Origin: Escherichia phage phiEC1
Sequence record: KY608965.1
Strand: one strand, 5' to 3'
DNA length: 64,000 nucleotides
Below are positions 18,226-28,378 of the stretch, piece by piece. Under the pieces are notes generated by a model. The model had not been told where the DNA came from and did not search any database. It saw only the letters and a program-made list of their open reading frames with translations. Position 1 is the stretch's first letter. Every line of letters starts with the position of its first letter. Position numbers and translations under genes: made by a program.

Positions 18226-18523
18226 TAATGATGTCCTCAATAGCCTGACGAGTAGTAACCCACTGGATTTTAATTAACTTGTCATTATATGGTTGTCGTA
18301 GAATATCCCGAGATTTCTTAATAGCATATTCGTAAGCTTCGAAGTTGTTTTGAATTGCTGCTTCTTGAGCGTGAGCATAAAGACGGTTTAGTTCAAAACG
18401 ATTCTTTTTAAGAATCTTTTCGGATTTTTTACGTGCTTCAGCTTCATTTTTCTTTTGGATTTCTTGTAGCATTTTAGCTACTGCATCTTCTGCTTCTTTA
18501 TTTTCAATAATCTCGGTAGTCAT
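18200..18523 (-). CDS. hypothetical protein
   Basis: 107-aa ORF, charged/helical. Confidence 0.45.
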   Translation of the reverse strand: MTTEIIENKEAEDAVAKMLQEIQKKNEAEARKKSEKILKKNRFELNRLYAHAQEAAIQNNFEAYEYAIKKSRDILRQPYNDKLIKIQWVTTRQAIEDIINGASSNKV

Positions 18524-18524
18524 A

Positions 18525-18740
18525 TTATCTCATTAAATTAAAATAAAAACGTCCATCCTCTTCAATACAGAACTCATACTCAACCGGAGTCCCATTTATC
18601 GAAAATGACACGTCATGTGGGTTCAAAGGGTCGATGTCAAAATTAATTTTAAATTCACGACCCAACAGTTTTACCAAATAAGGGATTGCTTCGTCAAAAG
18701 GTTCTTCTAAGTAGTTAGAGATGTCAATTGTCATCCTCAT
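18525..18740 (-). CDS. hypothetical protein
   Basis: ORF track; 5' end overlaps gene 55, internal Met start likely. Confidence 0.4.
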   Translation of the reverse strand: MRMTIDISNYLEEPFDEAIPYLVKLLGREFKINFDIDPLNPHDVSFSINGTPVEYEFCIEEDGRFYFNLMR

Positions 18741-19281
18741 ATAAAAAATCCAAACTAGGCGAATCGCTAACAACTTCCTTCTTTTCAGCCCCAGGAGCTT
18801 TATAAGCGGATTCTTCATAATGCGTCATTTTATCGTAGATGTCTTGAATAAACGTTTCATCTACCAACGCTACCATATCATCGTCATGACTGTCGTAGAC
18901 GTTATGAACGAAGTAACTATATTTCTTTGCAACTTCCTTACGTTCTTTTTTGATACGTTGGACAAAAGCATTAAAACAAGCTCGAGTTATGTATGCATGT
19001 GGGTTATTGTACTTAGTTTCGTCGAAATTATGAAGTCCCTTAATAGAAGCTTCAATCCCGTCTGCAATCATCTCCTGCTTCCAAGACTGGGTATATCCTG
19101 AAAAGTTGAAACGTTTGGACAGGCCTTCGGCGATAAGCATAATTGCTAAACCGATGGTATCATTCTGACGAATAATTTTGTTTGGGTCTTTATTATTTAA
19201 GAGCTCCTTTTTCCACTCGATTATAGCGGCGAGAAGCTCTTTATTATTCACATAGTTATTTTTAGGTTTTTGTTCAGTCAT
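18724..19281 (-). CDS. 55: late-transcription sigma factor gp55
   Basis: [24 protein letters not shown]... matches T4 gp55; ATG at 19281 (track start is upstream TTG). Confidence 0.95.
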   Translation of the reverse strand: MTEQKPKNNYVNNKELLAAIIEWKKELLNNKDPNKIIRQNDTIGLAIMLIAEGLSKRFNFSGYTQSWKQEMIADGIEASIKGLHNFDETKYNNPHAYITRACFNAFVQRIKKERKEVAKKYSYFVHNVYDSHDDDMVALVDETFIQDIYDKMTHYEESAYKAPGAEKKEVVSDSPSLDFLYEDDN

Positions 19282-19436
19282 AAGTACCTCTTGGCTCAAT
19301 TCATAGGTCTATTATATCATAATATTTAGAGACCTATCTTAAAGCACGAGATACTATCAAAGATACATAACTTTCATAAAGTTGTCGACGTAAAATTCGC
19401 CCAGCTTTTCTTCAGTTATAGCGATTCGAGATAGTT

Positions 19437-19664
19437 TCATTCTAGTTCCTTTGCTGCTTCAAGAGCAGCATCCAGCGAATCAAATTGGTCAACGAAATCA
19501 ATATTCAACGCATCGTCAACCGTAGCATATAACCACCATTGTTTGAATTCATATTCCAAAATAAATCCAGGACCTTCAATCTGAGGAAGACCTAAACTAT
19601 TTGTACCAACTTCGTAACCAGCTAGACGCAGGTCATTAATCAAAGTTTCTGTTAATACGCTCAT
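19437..19664 (-). CDS. hypothetical protein
   Basis: 75-aa ORF. Confidence 0.45.
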   Translation of the reverse strand: MSVLTETLINDLRLAGYEVGTNSLGLPQIEGPGFILEYEFKQWWLYATVDDALNIDFVDQFDSLDAALEAAKELE

Positions 19665-20041
19665 TTTACCGCCTTAACAATTTTCAAGTCAGCGAATTTT
19701 TTCTTACGTTGATTTTTCATACGACGGATAGTTTTTTCAGAGATTTCATGTTTCTGATAAGCTTTAGATTCAACACCAAATGCAGCAACGTCAAATTCAG
19801 AAAGAATATATTGTACTAGAATTTCACGAATAGAATTACGTCCAATTTTCTGGTCGTGTTTTTGCATGATTTCATAAAGACGGAATTCCCAGGCGTCAAG
19901 AACTTGAGGAGTAACAATATTGCCAGATTCCAGAAGAGCAACAACTTTATCGAAAGCGAAAGAATTAACTACGTTTTTGATTTTAGTAGACATATTATTT
20001 TCCTCGGTTATTTTATTATCCAACGAGAGAATTATACTCAT
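19661..20041 (-). CDS. hypothetical protein
   Basis: 126-aa ORF. Confidence 0.5.
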   Translation of the reverse strand: MSIILSLDNKITEENNMSTKIKNVVNSFAFDKVVALLESGNIVTPQVLDAWEFRLYEIMQKHDQKIGRNSIREILVQYILSEFDVAAFGVESKAYQKHEISEKTIRRMKNQRKKKFADLKIVKAVK

Positions 20042-20059
20042 CTCTCAAGAGTTTGTATA

Positions 20060-20299
20060 CTATTTTTTAAGCATGAAAAGTAAGTAATTTGTATCACGCG
20101 GAGTAATATCAACACCCATATCAAAGATGCCTTTATAGATTGGGTATTTGTTTTCGGTTGTATCGAAGCTGAAACTATTTCCATCACAACTAACAGTAAT
20201 AGCATCTGTTAAAATGTCATACTCAATCCTAACGGTTGAATCGCCAATTTTAACGTCGAGGTGTTTTTTGAATTTGATAAAATCTAATTCTTGGGCCAC
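20060..20299 (-). CDS. hypothetical protein
   Basis: 79-aa ORF. Confidence 0.45.
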   Translation of the reverse strand: MAQELDFIKFKKHLDVKIGDSTVRIEYDILTDAITVSCDGNSFSFDTTENKYPIYKGIFDMGVDITPRDTNYLLFMLKK

Positions 20300-20362
20300 G
20301 ATATTTTCCTCATTTTAAGACGATAGGAAGACATGTTATTATCTTCCTACCATTGTAAACTA

Positions 20363-20575
20363 TTAACCGAACTTTTTAGCGCCTTTCCAGCCTTCGTACA
20401 TAGCTGCACAAGTCAATAGCACAGCATGTTGACATTCTTTGTATTTGTAAATCCAGAACCAGCGTAAAAAGTCTTCATCCTCAACACCGTTGAGTTTCAT
20501 ATTGGCAAAGAATTCGGCACGTTCTTCACGAAGTTGCCATGACACAATATTTTCAGGATTCATTTTGTGTTCCAC
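20363..20575 (-). CDS. hypothetical protein
   Basis: 70-aa ORF. Confidence 0.4.
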   Translation of the reverse strand: MEHKMNPENIVSWQLREERAEFFANMKLNGVEDEDFLRWFWIYKYKECQHAVLLTCAAMYEGWKGAKKFG

Positions 20576-20694
20576 GCCCCATTTTCATCGATGAACTTAA
20601 TCCAGTCATTTACAGACCATTTAGTTGTATCACCCTTTGGATTAACATTTAAAGTATATAATCCCTGCTTAAAAAGCATTCGTTTGATATTCAT
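20560..20694 (-). CDS. hypothetical small protein
   Basis: Track ORF trimmed to internal Met to avoid 86-nt overlap. Confidence 0.3.
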   Translation of the reverse strand: MNIKRMLFKQGLYTLNVNPKGDTTKWSVNDWIKFIDENGAWNTK

Positions 20695-20701
20695 AATTTC
20701 C

Positions 20702-21025
20702 TCAACTGTAACGATAACATTCGTTAGCTTTACGTTTGGCTTCAGTATGAGAAGTATTATAATCATACTCTTCTTTACTGTAAACATCTTTTTTCAACTT
20801 ACGAACTTCTTTGCGGAGTTGTCGATTCATTTCGTTCTTGACTTCAGAATCAACACCTTTCATACGTTTCCATTTATCTGAGCGGAAGATGTTTTCAACC
20901 ATGTCTTTGTGGCTAACACCATCAGGAGCTTTACGCTTACCAAAATAGTCGTAATCGCGAACTTTCAAATCTTTACGACGATATGTTTTACCCATAAGTA
21001 CCTCAGAGGTTGATTGATACGACAC
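20702..21025 (-). CDS. hypothetical basic protein
   Basis: 107-aa ORF, Lys/Arg-rich. Confidence 0.5.
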   Translation of the reverse strand: MSYQSTSEVLMGKTYRRKDLKVRDYDYFGKRKAPDGVSHKDMVENIFRSDKWKRMKGVDSEVKNEMNRQLRKEVRKLKKDVYSKEEYDYNTSHTEAKRKANECYRYS

Positions 21026-21251
21026 GTTTGATAAAATTCACTTCACTTACTGAAAGGTCTTTAAGACCGATTGATTCTAAACGCTGAGTAAGCGTCAACA
21101 TCGGGATATAATCCCATTGTGTTTTAGTCGTTTGATAAGTACGGACGCCATTAGCAATTTCAACATGTAAATCGGAAATGGTAATGAATACCAGTCGCTC
21201 GTCATTAACTTTAAGGGTTAGAACAACTTTCTTTGAGTCTAAACTAATCAT
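21003..21251 (-). CDS. hypothetical protein
   Basis: 82-aa ORF. Confidence 0.45.
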   Translation of the reverse strand: MISLDSKKVVLTLKVNDERLVFITISDLHVEIANGVRTYQTTKTQWDYIPMLTLTQRLESIGLKDLSVSEVNFIKRVVSINL

Positions 21252-21430
21252 GGCTTAATTTCCTTCGCAATTGAACAGAAGATACCACGGTCACAAAGCA
21301 TTTCACCAATTTCTGGATATTTGATTGAACGGTACCAAACATCCAGGCTTGAAACTCTGGTTATCTGTACTGCATTACCGTTGACAGAATAGTACTGGTC
21401 GACCTTAATTTCTTTATCTTCAATTGTCAT
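21248..21430 (-). CDS. hypothetical protein
   Basis: Track ORF trimmed to MTIEDKEIK... Confidence 0.4.
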   Translation of the reverse strand: MTIEDKEIKVDQYYSVNGNAVQITRVSSLDVWYRSIKYPEIGEMLCDRGIFCSIAKEIKP

Positions 21431-21564
21431 TTTATTTTCCTCTATAGTAGATGGTTTAATCTTAACACATCTATTGAGGATGTAAACTGTTTTATGAAAA
21501 TATTTTTGATTTGAGAGGGGCACAAGGAGATAGTGAAGTGAGGGTTCCAATAGATTATATTAGA

Positions 21565-21597
21565 AATGGGATAAAGAAGACCAGGCGGCACCTGGTC
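21565..21597 (-). terminator. putative rho-independent terminator
   Basis: GACCAGG-ugccg-CCUGGUC hairpin then U-rich UUCUUUAUCCCAUUU. Confidence 0.5.
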
Positions 21598-21919
21598 AAT
21601 CTTCTATGATATCAGAGTCGTATCCTAATGAAATCAAGGACTTTTTAAACTCTGCAATATTCTTTTGTTTCTTACCATTTAAAAATATGACAGGATAACG
21701 AATATTAAGTGAAGTGAATCCTGCACGTTTAGCAAGAGATACGATTAAAGGACGGTCATATTCAATCTTACCATTATTAGTGAGGACTTTATAAAATGTA
21801 TAAGGAGCATTGAGCTCCTTTAAAAGTTTTGTAACAGTATAACATCCTGGACAACGTCCAACTTCTTCAGGGATGCCATAGATTTCAATCTTGTTCTTTA
21901 AGTTCGAGTTTTGTTCCAC
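21596..21919 (-). CDS. glutaredoxin-like protein (NrdH-like), start uncertain
   Basis: IEIYGIPEEVGRCPGCY... redox CxxC; track ORF 21596-22048 overlaps upstream ORF by 164 nt; possible GTG start at 21919. Confidence 0.5.
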   Translation of the reverse strand: MEQNSNLKNKIEIYGIPEEVGRCPGCYTVTKLLKELNAPYTFYKVLTNNGKIEYDRPLIVSLAKRAGFTSLNIRYPVIFLNGKKQKNIAEFKKSLISLGYDSDIIED

Positions 21920-22202
21920 GAGAAATAATTCCTTGATAAGCCCAATAAGGAGGATTAACAGAATCCTCACCAGAGTTTTCTTCAGGAAAATAAACCTGGA
22001 TAACAAATCCAGATGCATCAAAGGTAAAATAAACCATAGGCAGTTCACCTAACAATTCGGCACGAGCATTAATTACTTCGAGATCTCGTTCACGTCCAGC
22101 CCAAAAACTAGGATTTAGACTACATTCGTAAAAATAATAGTCATTACCGAACATATCAAACCCCTTCCAACTCTCTACCACATACCGCTCAAAACTAATC
22201 AT
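21885..22202 (-). CDS. hypothetical protein
   Basis: 105-aa ORF. Confidence 0.45.
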   Translation of the reverse strand: MISFERYVVESWKGFDMFGNDYYFYECSLNPSFWAGRERDLEVINARAELLGELPMVYFTFDASGFVIQVYFPEENSGEDSVNPPYWAYQGIISRGTKLELKEQD

Positions 22203-22204
22203 AA

Positions 22205-22444
22205 TTAAGCCTTTTTATCAAGAACAGAATTCAGTTTATTAGTAATTTTGTCCAAACGTTCATTGAATTCGCTGGAGGATAAACCCTTTTCCGGAGAAAT
22301 TAAACTAATCAAGAAAAATACAACAGTAAAAGGAATAAGAAAAATAGCTCCAACTGCCATAAACAAAAAGAACGTTACAGTTGTAAGAAAATCAGCTAAA
22401 CCTTTACGAAATTTATACATATTTACCCTTAATTGGTTAACCAA
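22205..22444 (-). CDS. hypothetical membrane protein
   Basis: 79 aa with hydrophobic segment. Confidence 0.4.
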   Translation of the reverse strand: MVNQLRVNMYKFRKGLADFLTTVTFFLFMAVGAIFLIPFTVVFFLISLISPEKGLSSSEFNERLDKITNKLNSVLDKKA

Positions 22445-22534
22445 GCATTGATAAGCACTAAACTACACTGTGAATAAAATTCTGGACCAAAATGAAAAAT
22501 CATATCATTTATAGTATCCATAATATAATTCAAT

Positions 22535-23005
22535 TTAATCATGTTTCCACACCCCGTTGGTATTTGACCAAAGTCGCTGATTATCTGATCCTCGCCACAA
22601 CTTTTTGGTCGGAAGATTTTTCTCATACTTACCATCAATAATAACATCAACATATTTAAGCATTTCTAGTTGTTTAATATCTTCAAACTTATATCCTGTC
22701 CACAACCAAATGCTTTTATTGGGATAAAGATTTTTAATAGTTTGTACCACAGAGTGAATCACGTCTCTGTTATCAGGATAAAGAGGGTCACCTCCAGTTA
22801 TAGTTAATCCTTCTATATAATCATTATTCAAACATTCAATTAATTGTTCTAGTGTTTCACCAGTGAATTGAATACCATTTCTAGCATTCCATGTTGATTT
22901 ATTATAACACCCTTCGCATTTATGCAAACAACCTGTAACGAAAAGAACGACCCTGCAACCAGGGCCATTCACAAAATCGCAAGGATAAAATCTATCATAA
23001 TTCAT
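22535..23005 (-). CDS. nrdG: anaerobic ribonucleotide reductase activating protein NrdG (radical SAM)
   Basis: CLHKCEGC cluster motif, 156 aa. Confidence 0.95.
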   Translation of the reverse strand: MNYDRFYPCDFVNGPGCRVVLFVTGCLHKCEGCYNKSTWNARNGIQFTGETLEQLIECLNNDYIEGLTITGGDPLYPDNRDVIHSVVQTIKNLYPNKSIWLWTGYKFEDIKQLEMLKYVDVIIDGKYEKNLPTKKLWRGSDNQRLWSNTNGVWKHD

Positions 23006-24819
23006 TGGTGTTTAACCCTATGCATTATTTCTTTATTTTTACCGAGATTAAATCCGCGTTCGTTCGGATTTCCCAGGTAGCCGCATGTTCTTCTTATTGT
23101 GTTCATCTTTTTAGGATCAGTTTCTCCACAAACTGAACAAACAAATCCGTTTTCAGTCGGAGTCATTTCATGGGTACTTCCACATGTAAAACATTTATCT
23201 ACTGGCATATTAACACCAAAATAATCTAAATGTTGTGCAGCATAATCCCATACAGCCTCAAGACCTTTTAGGTTATTTTTCATATCAGGAAGTTCAACAT
23301 AAGAAATGTGACCACCTGTCGCAATGAAATGATACGGCGCTTCACGAGAAATCTTTTCAAACGGAGTAATATTTTCTTCTACTGAAACATGGAAACTATT
23401 AGTGTACCAGCCTTTATCGGTAACATCTTTTACGCTTCCATATTTTTCAGTATCAAGTTTACAGAAGCGATAACAAAGGTTTTCAGCAGGAGTAGAATAT
23501 AAACTAAAAGCAAATCCAGTTCTTTCGGTCCACTGTTTAAGATGAGCATTCATTTTAGTTAAAATTTCTTGTCCAATATCACGACCAACAAGAATATTCA
23601 ATTCATGAATACCAATGTATCCTAAAGACACTGAACTTCTACCGTTTTTAAATAACTCAATTATATCGTCGTCAGGTTTAAGACGAACCCCGAATGCACC
23701 TTCTTGGTAAAGAATAGGAGCTACAGTTGCTTTAACACCCTTTAAAGAACTAATTCTACACATCAAGGCTTCAAAACACAGATCCATTCGTTCATTAAAT
23801 AGCTCAACAAATTTCTGTTCATTGAACTGTGTTCCAATATAAGAATCTAATGCAATGCGAGGAAGATTCAATGTTACAACACCGAGATTATTACGTCCAT
23901 CAAGAATTTCATTACCAGTCGAATCTTTCCATACGCTCAAGAAACTACGGCAACCCATTGGAGAAACTGGAACTGAAGAACCGGTAATAGCTTTATTATT
24001 CTTAACAGAAATAATGTCAGGATACATTCTTTTGCTTGCACACTCTAGAGCGAGTTGCTTAATATCATAGTTCGGATCGTCTTTATAAAGATTAACACCC
24101 TCTTCAACAAACATAACAAGTTTAGGAAAAATAGGAGTTATTCCATCACGACCAAGTCCTTTAATGCGGTTTTTAAGAATTGCCTTCTGAATCATTCGTT
24201 CGGTCCAATCGGTTCCTGTTCCAAATGTTATAGTAACAAAAGGAGTTTGACCGTTTGAACTAAAAAGAGTATTTACTTCATATTCATAAGCTTGGAATGC
24301 ATCGTATACGTCTTTTTCTGTTTTAGATTGAGCATAATTCAACGCATCAGCGATTTGCCATTTTTCTGCATCCTCAATATGTTTTGCATAGGTGCGTTTA
24401 ACATAAGGAGAAAGAACTTTATCGACATTAGCAAATGTAGTTCCGCCGTATTGATGGGAAGCAACTTGTGCAGTAATTTGTGCCATAATTGCAGTAGCAA
24501 CACCAATCGATTTAGGCGTTTCGATTTGAGCATTGCCTAATTTAAAACCATTCTCAAGCATCCCCTTTAAATCGACTAAACAGCAATTAGTAAATGGAAG
24601 AGCAGGAGAATAATCAATATCATGCATGTGAATGATTCCACTTTCATGCGCATTCATAATAAAAGACGGGACCATATTTTTGGCAATGTGCTTAGACACA
24701 ATACCAGCCATAAGGTCCCGTTGAGTTGGAAAAACACGAGAATCTTTATTAGCATTCTCGTTCAAAAGATCTTTATTAGTTTTATAAATTAATCCTTCAA
24801 TTTCTTTTTCAATTTTCAT
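23002..24819 (-). CDS. nrdD: anaerobic ribonucleoside-triphosphate reductase NrdD
   Basis: 605 aa; C-terminal glycyl-radical RRTCGYLG and Zn-ribbon CxxC...CxxC; uninterrupted. Confidence 0.97.
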   Translation of the reverse strand: MKIEKEIEGLIYKTNKDLLNENANKDSRVFPTQRDLMAGIVSKHIAKNMVPSFIMNAHESGIIHMHDIDYSPALPFTNCCLVDLKGMLENGFKLGNAQIETPKSIGVATAIMAQITAQVASHQYGGTTFANVDKVLSPYVKRTYAKHIEDAEKWQIADALNYAQSKTEKDVYDAFQAYEYEVNTLFSSNGQTPFVTITFGTGTDWTERMIQKAILKNRIKGLGRDGITPIFPKLVMFVEEGVNLYKDDPNYDIKQLALECASKRMYPDIISVKNNKAITGSSVPVSPMGCRSFLSVWKDSTGNEILDGRNNLGVVTLNLPRIALDSYIGTQFNEQKFVELFNERMDLCFEALMCRISSLKGVKATVAPILYQEGAFGVRLKPDDDIIELFKNGRSSVSLGYIGIHELNILVGRDIGQEILTKMNAHLKQWTERTGFAFSLYSTPAENLCYRFCKLDTEKYGSVKDVTDKGWYTNSFHVSVEENITPFEKISREAPYHFIATGGHISYVELPDMKNNLKGLEAVWDYAAQHLDYFGVNMPVDKCFTCGSTHEMTPTENGFVCSVCGETDPKKMNTIRRTCGYLGNPNERGFNLGKNKEIMHRVKHQ

Positions 24820-25289
24820 TTTAAACTCTTTCTAAGCTGCTTTTTGAATGAAGCTATTAATTGTGTTTTAGTATCAGATTCATTATATTCAAATCCTCTT
24901 TGAAGCATCTCGGTCATCATTTCCTCTTTACCTAGTCTTGAGAACTCTTTAGTTTTGTCTGGAACAAAATTAGGATGGATATTATTATCAGAATAATCTT
25001 GTTTCAAATAAGCAAGAAGAGCTTCAAGCCATTCGAGGTAATCAACGTTTTGACCTTTAAGACCAGAACGGTTGAACTTATGCTTCATTTGACCTTCTGC
25101 TGCATTGCACAGGTTACATAGTAAACCACGAACCTTACCAGCTTTTGGCCCGTTTAATTCGTGGTCGTGGTCAAGATGGTTACCTTGAACATCAGGGTCT
25201 AATTCACGGTGGCAAATAGGACACTTACCATTCTGTGCGTCATAAAATTTTTGTTTTTCTTCTTTGTATTTTGCGCCTGATAATAACAT
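24816..25289 (-). CDS. 49: endonuclease VII (Holliday junction resolvase) gp49
   Basis: 157 aa; CPICHREL...HLDHDHEL HNH/Zn motif; matches T4 gp49. Confidence 0.95.
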   Translation of the reverse strand: MLLSGAKYKEEKQKFYDAQNGKCPICHRELDPDVQGNHLDHDHELNGPKAGKVRGLLCNLCNAAEGQMKHKFNRSGLKGQNVDYLEWLEALLAYLKQDYSDNNIHPNFVPDKTKEFSRLGKEEMMTEMLQRGFEYNESDTKTQLIASFKKQLRKSLK

Positions 25290-25324
25290 GATATACCCTT
25301 ACCTTAAATAGATAAGGGTATTTA

Positions 25325-25738
25325 TTAACTTAAACGTCTTTCTAAATATTCAATGTATTCTGCGGCTGCTTGCATCAGATTACCTTCATAGCCGTCGTTA
25401 TTTTCTTGTCCGGCTAATTTAGCTAATGCATAAGAAATTCGTTCACCTTCGAATTCGCCAAGTCCACCATCACAAACTACTTGGTCAATTTCTTCGAGTT
25501 CATCTATTGAATGGGATTCCCAGAAGCACCAAAGACAAGTATCACGGTCATAGATGCAAAGTTTCTCACCTGTGTTCAACATCACTTCGATAATGCCATG
25601 GTCGCCATAACCATCTTCGGTAGTAGTACCAATTACCTTGATGATTGTTCCTTTCTTTAATTCAGGAAACTTGTCTTGTAGTTCTTCGTCTTCTTTAACA
25701 ATCTTGAACCATTTACCGCGAGTTTCAGAAATATTCAT
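25325..25738 (-). CDS. hypothetical protein
   Basis: Track ORF trimmed to MNISETRGKW... Confidence 0.5.
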   Translation of the reverse strand: MNISETRGKWFKIVKEDEELQDKFPELKKGTIIKVIGTTTEDGYGDHGIIEVMLNTGEKLCIYDRDTCLWCFWESHSIDELEEIDQVVCDGGLGEFEGERISYALAKLAGQENNDGYEGNLMQAAAEYIEYLERRLS

Positions 25739-25739
25739 A

Positions 25740-25937
25740 TCAATATTCTCTATAAAAGTTACGATGAGAACGTTTAGCTTTGCGAAGCTGACGTTTAGTA
25801 GGACGAACTGTAAATGGTTGTCCAGAGAAAAAATTCGGATCGGTTTTAATAAGCAAATACCAATCATGCTTGCCATTTTTTAATAAACGGTACAATAATT
25901 TAACTTGCATAATAATCTCTTCCCATTTCCATATCAA
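25740..25937 (-). CDS. hypothetical small basic protein
   Basis: 65-aa ORF. Confidence 0.3.
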   Translation of the reverse strand: MIWKWEEIIMQVKLLYRLLKNGKHDWYLLIKTDPNFFSGQPFTVRPTKRQLRKAKRSHRNFYREY

Positions 25938-26038
25938 TTAATTCATTTATTGAAGGTTCATCATAACATGGTTCTTCGTCGTTGTAAACAGTTTCGACGT
26001 CTGGCTCGACAGTCTCCCATCGAGCAGAATACCACGGT

Positions 26039-26395
26039 TTAACCCCGGAGTTTATTGAGCTCTTCATAATCAATCCAGGATTCTAGTCCGGATGGCAGGT
26101 CACATTCAATGTTCCACAGAAGCTCTTCAATGGCTTGCAGGCGATTATATTCTTCAACGGTAATGGTAACCATTGGTGCAACCGGTTCTGCCTTTTTAAC
26201 CATTATATCGTTCATCAGGACGTAAAGGTCATCACGAACGACGGTGTCGTTCCAACCCCATGATTTGGCTTCGTAAGCTAATGATGAAGGGAGCACATTT
26301 AAAACTTCAATAATAGTTGGAGCATCAGGACCAAGTTCATTGGCACAAACTTCGTATACATCTTGGAAATCTTTAAGATTTAATGAATATGTCAT
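26039..26395 (-). CDS. hypothetical protein
   Basis: 118-aa ORF. Confidence 0.5.
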   Translation of the reverse strand: MTYSLNLKDFQDVYEVCANELGPDAPTIIEVLNVLPSSLAYEAKSWGWNDTVVRDDLYVLMNDIMVKKAEPVAPMVTITVEEYNRLQAIEELLWNIECDLPSGLESWIDYEELNKLRG

Positions 26396-26655
26396 TTAAA
26401 ATATTCTCGTAGTTGGTCAAAGCCACCAATCGAAGTTCCATCAGGAGCAAACACTTGGGGCATAGTCAATCCGACTTGTGATTCACGTCCAAGCTTAACC
26501 AGAAGCTCAGCAATTTTCTCATCATCAAAAACACCTTTTTCTGGCATAACATTAATGAATTCAAATGGCTGTTTCTTAACAGTCAGCAATCGTTTCGCAT
26601 TATCACAATAAATGCATTTATGAATAGTAGAGTCGTACCCGTACACTTTAAACAT
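26392..26655 (-). CDS. nrdC: thioredoxin/glutaredoxin NrdC
   Basis: MFKVYGYDSTIHKCIYCDNAKRLL... matches T4 NrdC; SD AAGGAAA before ATG at 26655. Confidence 0.9.
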   Translation of the reverse strand: MFKVYGYDSTIHKCIYCDNAKRLLTVKKQPFEFINVMPEKGVFDDEKIAELLVKLGRESQVGLTMPQVFAPDGTSIGGFDQLREYFK

Positions 26656-27061
26656 TATTTTTCCTTTCATCGATTAAATATGCAATGCCAAATACAATAC
26701 ATGTAATAAAACCTGTGATACAGATAGAAACCAACAACACTGTACCAAAGAACCAAATCAAGTTATCTTTAGTAGTTTGTTTGATATCCATCTCACGAAT
26801 TTCTATAGCTATCGTATCACCTTTATTCAGAAGCGTATAAAACGATGGTGATACATGCCTGTCAAAAACTCGTCCTTGCTCATCTTTATAGACTGCAATA
26901 AATTCTAATTTAGAATATTTTCCTGTAGATTGACCTGAAATTAATTCCACTACCTCCACAGGAATTACTTTAGTTTCCATGTAAGTATTCTGGCTGTTCC
27001 AAATGAATGGAATAATAGCAAAAACTAAAGCTGCGATAAAACAACGAAGGCTATATCTCAT
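26648..27061 (-). CDS. hypothetical membrane protein
   Basis: 137 aa, N- and C-terminal TM segments. Confidence 0.5.
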   Translation of the reverse strand: MRYSLRCFIAALVFAIIPFIWNSQNTYMETKVIPVEVVELISGQSTGKYSKLEFIAVYKDEQGRVFDRHVSPSFYTLLNKGDTIAIEIREMDIKQTTKDNLIWFFGTVLLVSICITGFITCIVFGIAYLIDERKNNV

Positions 27062-27366
27062 TATAATGTTCTCTCAAATTTGTGGAAGCATTTACGGCAT
27101 TTCAATTTCAAGTTATCAGTGGTCCAGTTAACCAGTTGGACTTGGATAGTTCCACATTCCGGGCATGGATGTTTTGCTGCCGATTTGGCAGCATTTTCAC
27201 GTCGTTCAACCATTTTCATTATTTCGTTCCATGCCGGAGGAACGAACTCTTCTTCACCATGAATTTTATCTCGCTGAACAAATTCAATCTTTGAACTATC
27301 ATCAATAAACTTAACTAAGCCATGATTAGTGCTCATATCAATATCCTCTAGAAGACGTAGGTTCAT
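27061..27366 (-). CDS. hypothetical Zn-ribbon protein
   Basis: 101 aa; CPECG...CRKC. Confidence 0.5.
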   Translation of the reverse strand: MNLRLLEDIDMSTNHGLVKFIDDSSKIEFVQRDKIHGEEEFVPPAWNEIMKMVERRENAAKSAAKHPCPECGTIQVQLVNWTTDNLKLKCRKCFHKFERTL

Positions 27367-28316
27367 TATAACACCTCAATGGCATTTCGTAAACCGTCCG
27401 CTTTCGCATTCAGAGCTTTTAACGATTTAGTTTGTTCTGCAATCTGGGCTTCGACTTCTTTCAGACGAGATTTGAGGTACTCACGTTCTTCGCTCAAGTT
27501 GTCAACTTTTTCTACTTTAGGTTCTTTAATAGTCTTAAGTTTATACTCGTTAGGGTTCTTCAACTTAATTCGGGTACGAGAACTATATAACATTGATCCG
27601 TTATCTTCGGATTCGTCGAACGTTTCAACAACATCCATAGTCTCTAACAATGTAATAAGTTTATAAGACAACGAACGAATAGTTTTGTTGTGCTTATTAA
27701 TTTCTTCGGCTTTCATGGTACCGAGATTACGTGAGTAGTAATAAGGAACCTGGATATCAATTGATAATGATGCGTTACCATTACCAGTTGGTTTGAATAC
27801 TGCAGTAACCCAATCTTTAACATGAACTTTATTTGTACGGCCATCACCGCCAGTGAATAATTTACGAGAATGTTTAAAAAGCATATTCACTTGTTTATTG
27901 AATTCACAAGCAAATTTATCAGCAAATTTAGTTTCAGGAATGGTAGATAACCAATCAGCCAAATGAGTCTTTTTAACATCATTAACAATAGTGAATTCAA
28001 CCAAATCGGTTTTAGATGTCACAGATTTAATAAAGCTCGGCTTCATAAAGTTTTTGATGTTATCACGAGCTACAGTAGAAGATAATAAACGAGAACGTTT
28101 GAACCATTGAAGCAGGGTCCCTAATGAATGAGAATACGCATTCTGAGTATCTTTACAGATATGATTTTCTTGGCCTGTGTATGTACCAAAATCGCGAAGA
28201 ATACCACTTACTACATCTCGGTGTGGAACATCAAATCCTAGTGCACCAACAGCGCGCTGGGCATGAACGTTAGCGATAAGACCGGCAAAGTATTCAATGT
28301 AATGTGAACGTGTCAT
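27366..28316 (-). CDS. hypothetical protein with C-terminal coiled coil
   Basis: 316 aa; own early promoter and SD. Confidence 0.6.
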   Translation of the reverse strand: MTRSHYIEYFAGLIANVHAQRAVGALGFDVPHRDVVSGILRDFGTYTGQENHICKDTQNAYSHSLGTLLQWFKRSRLLSSTVARDNIKNFMKPSFIKSVTSKTDLVEFTIVNDVKKTHLADWLSTIPETKFADKFACEFNKQVNMLFKHSRKLFTGGDGRTNKVHVKDWVTAVFKPTGNGNASLSIDIQVPYYYSRNLGTMKAEEINKHNKTIRSLSYKLITLLETMDVVETFDESEDNGSMLYSSRTRIKLKNPNEYKLKTIKEPKVEKVDNLSEEREYLKSRLKEVEAQIAEQTKSLKALNAKADGLRNAIEVL

Positions 28317-28344
28317 AATATTTTCCTCTCGTTAAGATAGATTC

Positions 28345-28373
28345 ATTATACTCAAACCATCCTTGGTTGTAAA
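28345..28373 (-). promoter_or_regulatory. T4-type early promoter (TTTACA-17-TATAAT)
   Basis: Transcribed strand GTTTACAACCAAGGATGGTTTGAGTATAAT upstream of 27366-28316. Confidence 0.55.
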
Positions 28374-28378
28374 CTGAT

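Noticed and set aside
21596-22048. Full 150-aa ATG-initiated reading of the glutaredoxin-like ORF
   Set aside because: Requires 164-nt overlap with upstream gene; shorter form preferred but not proven
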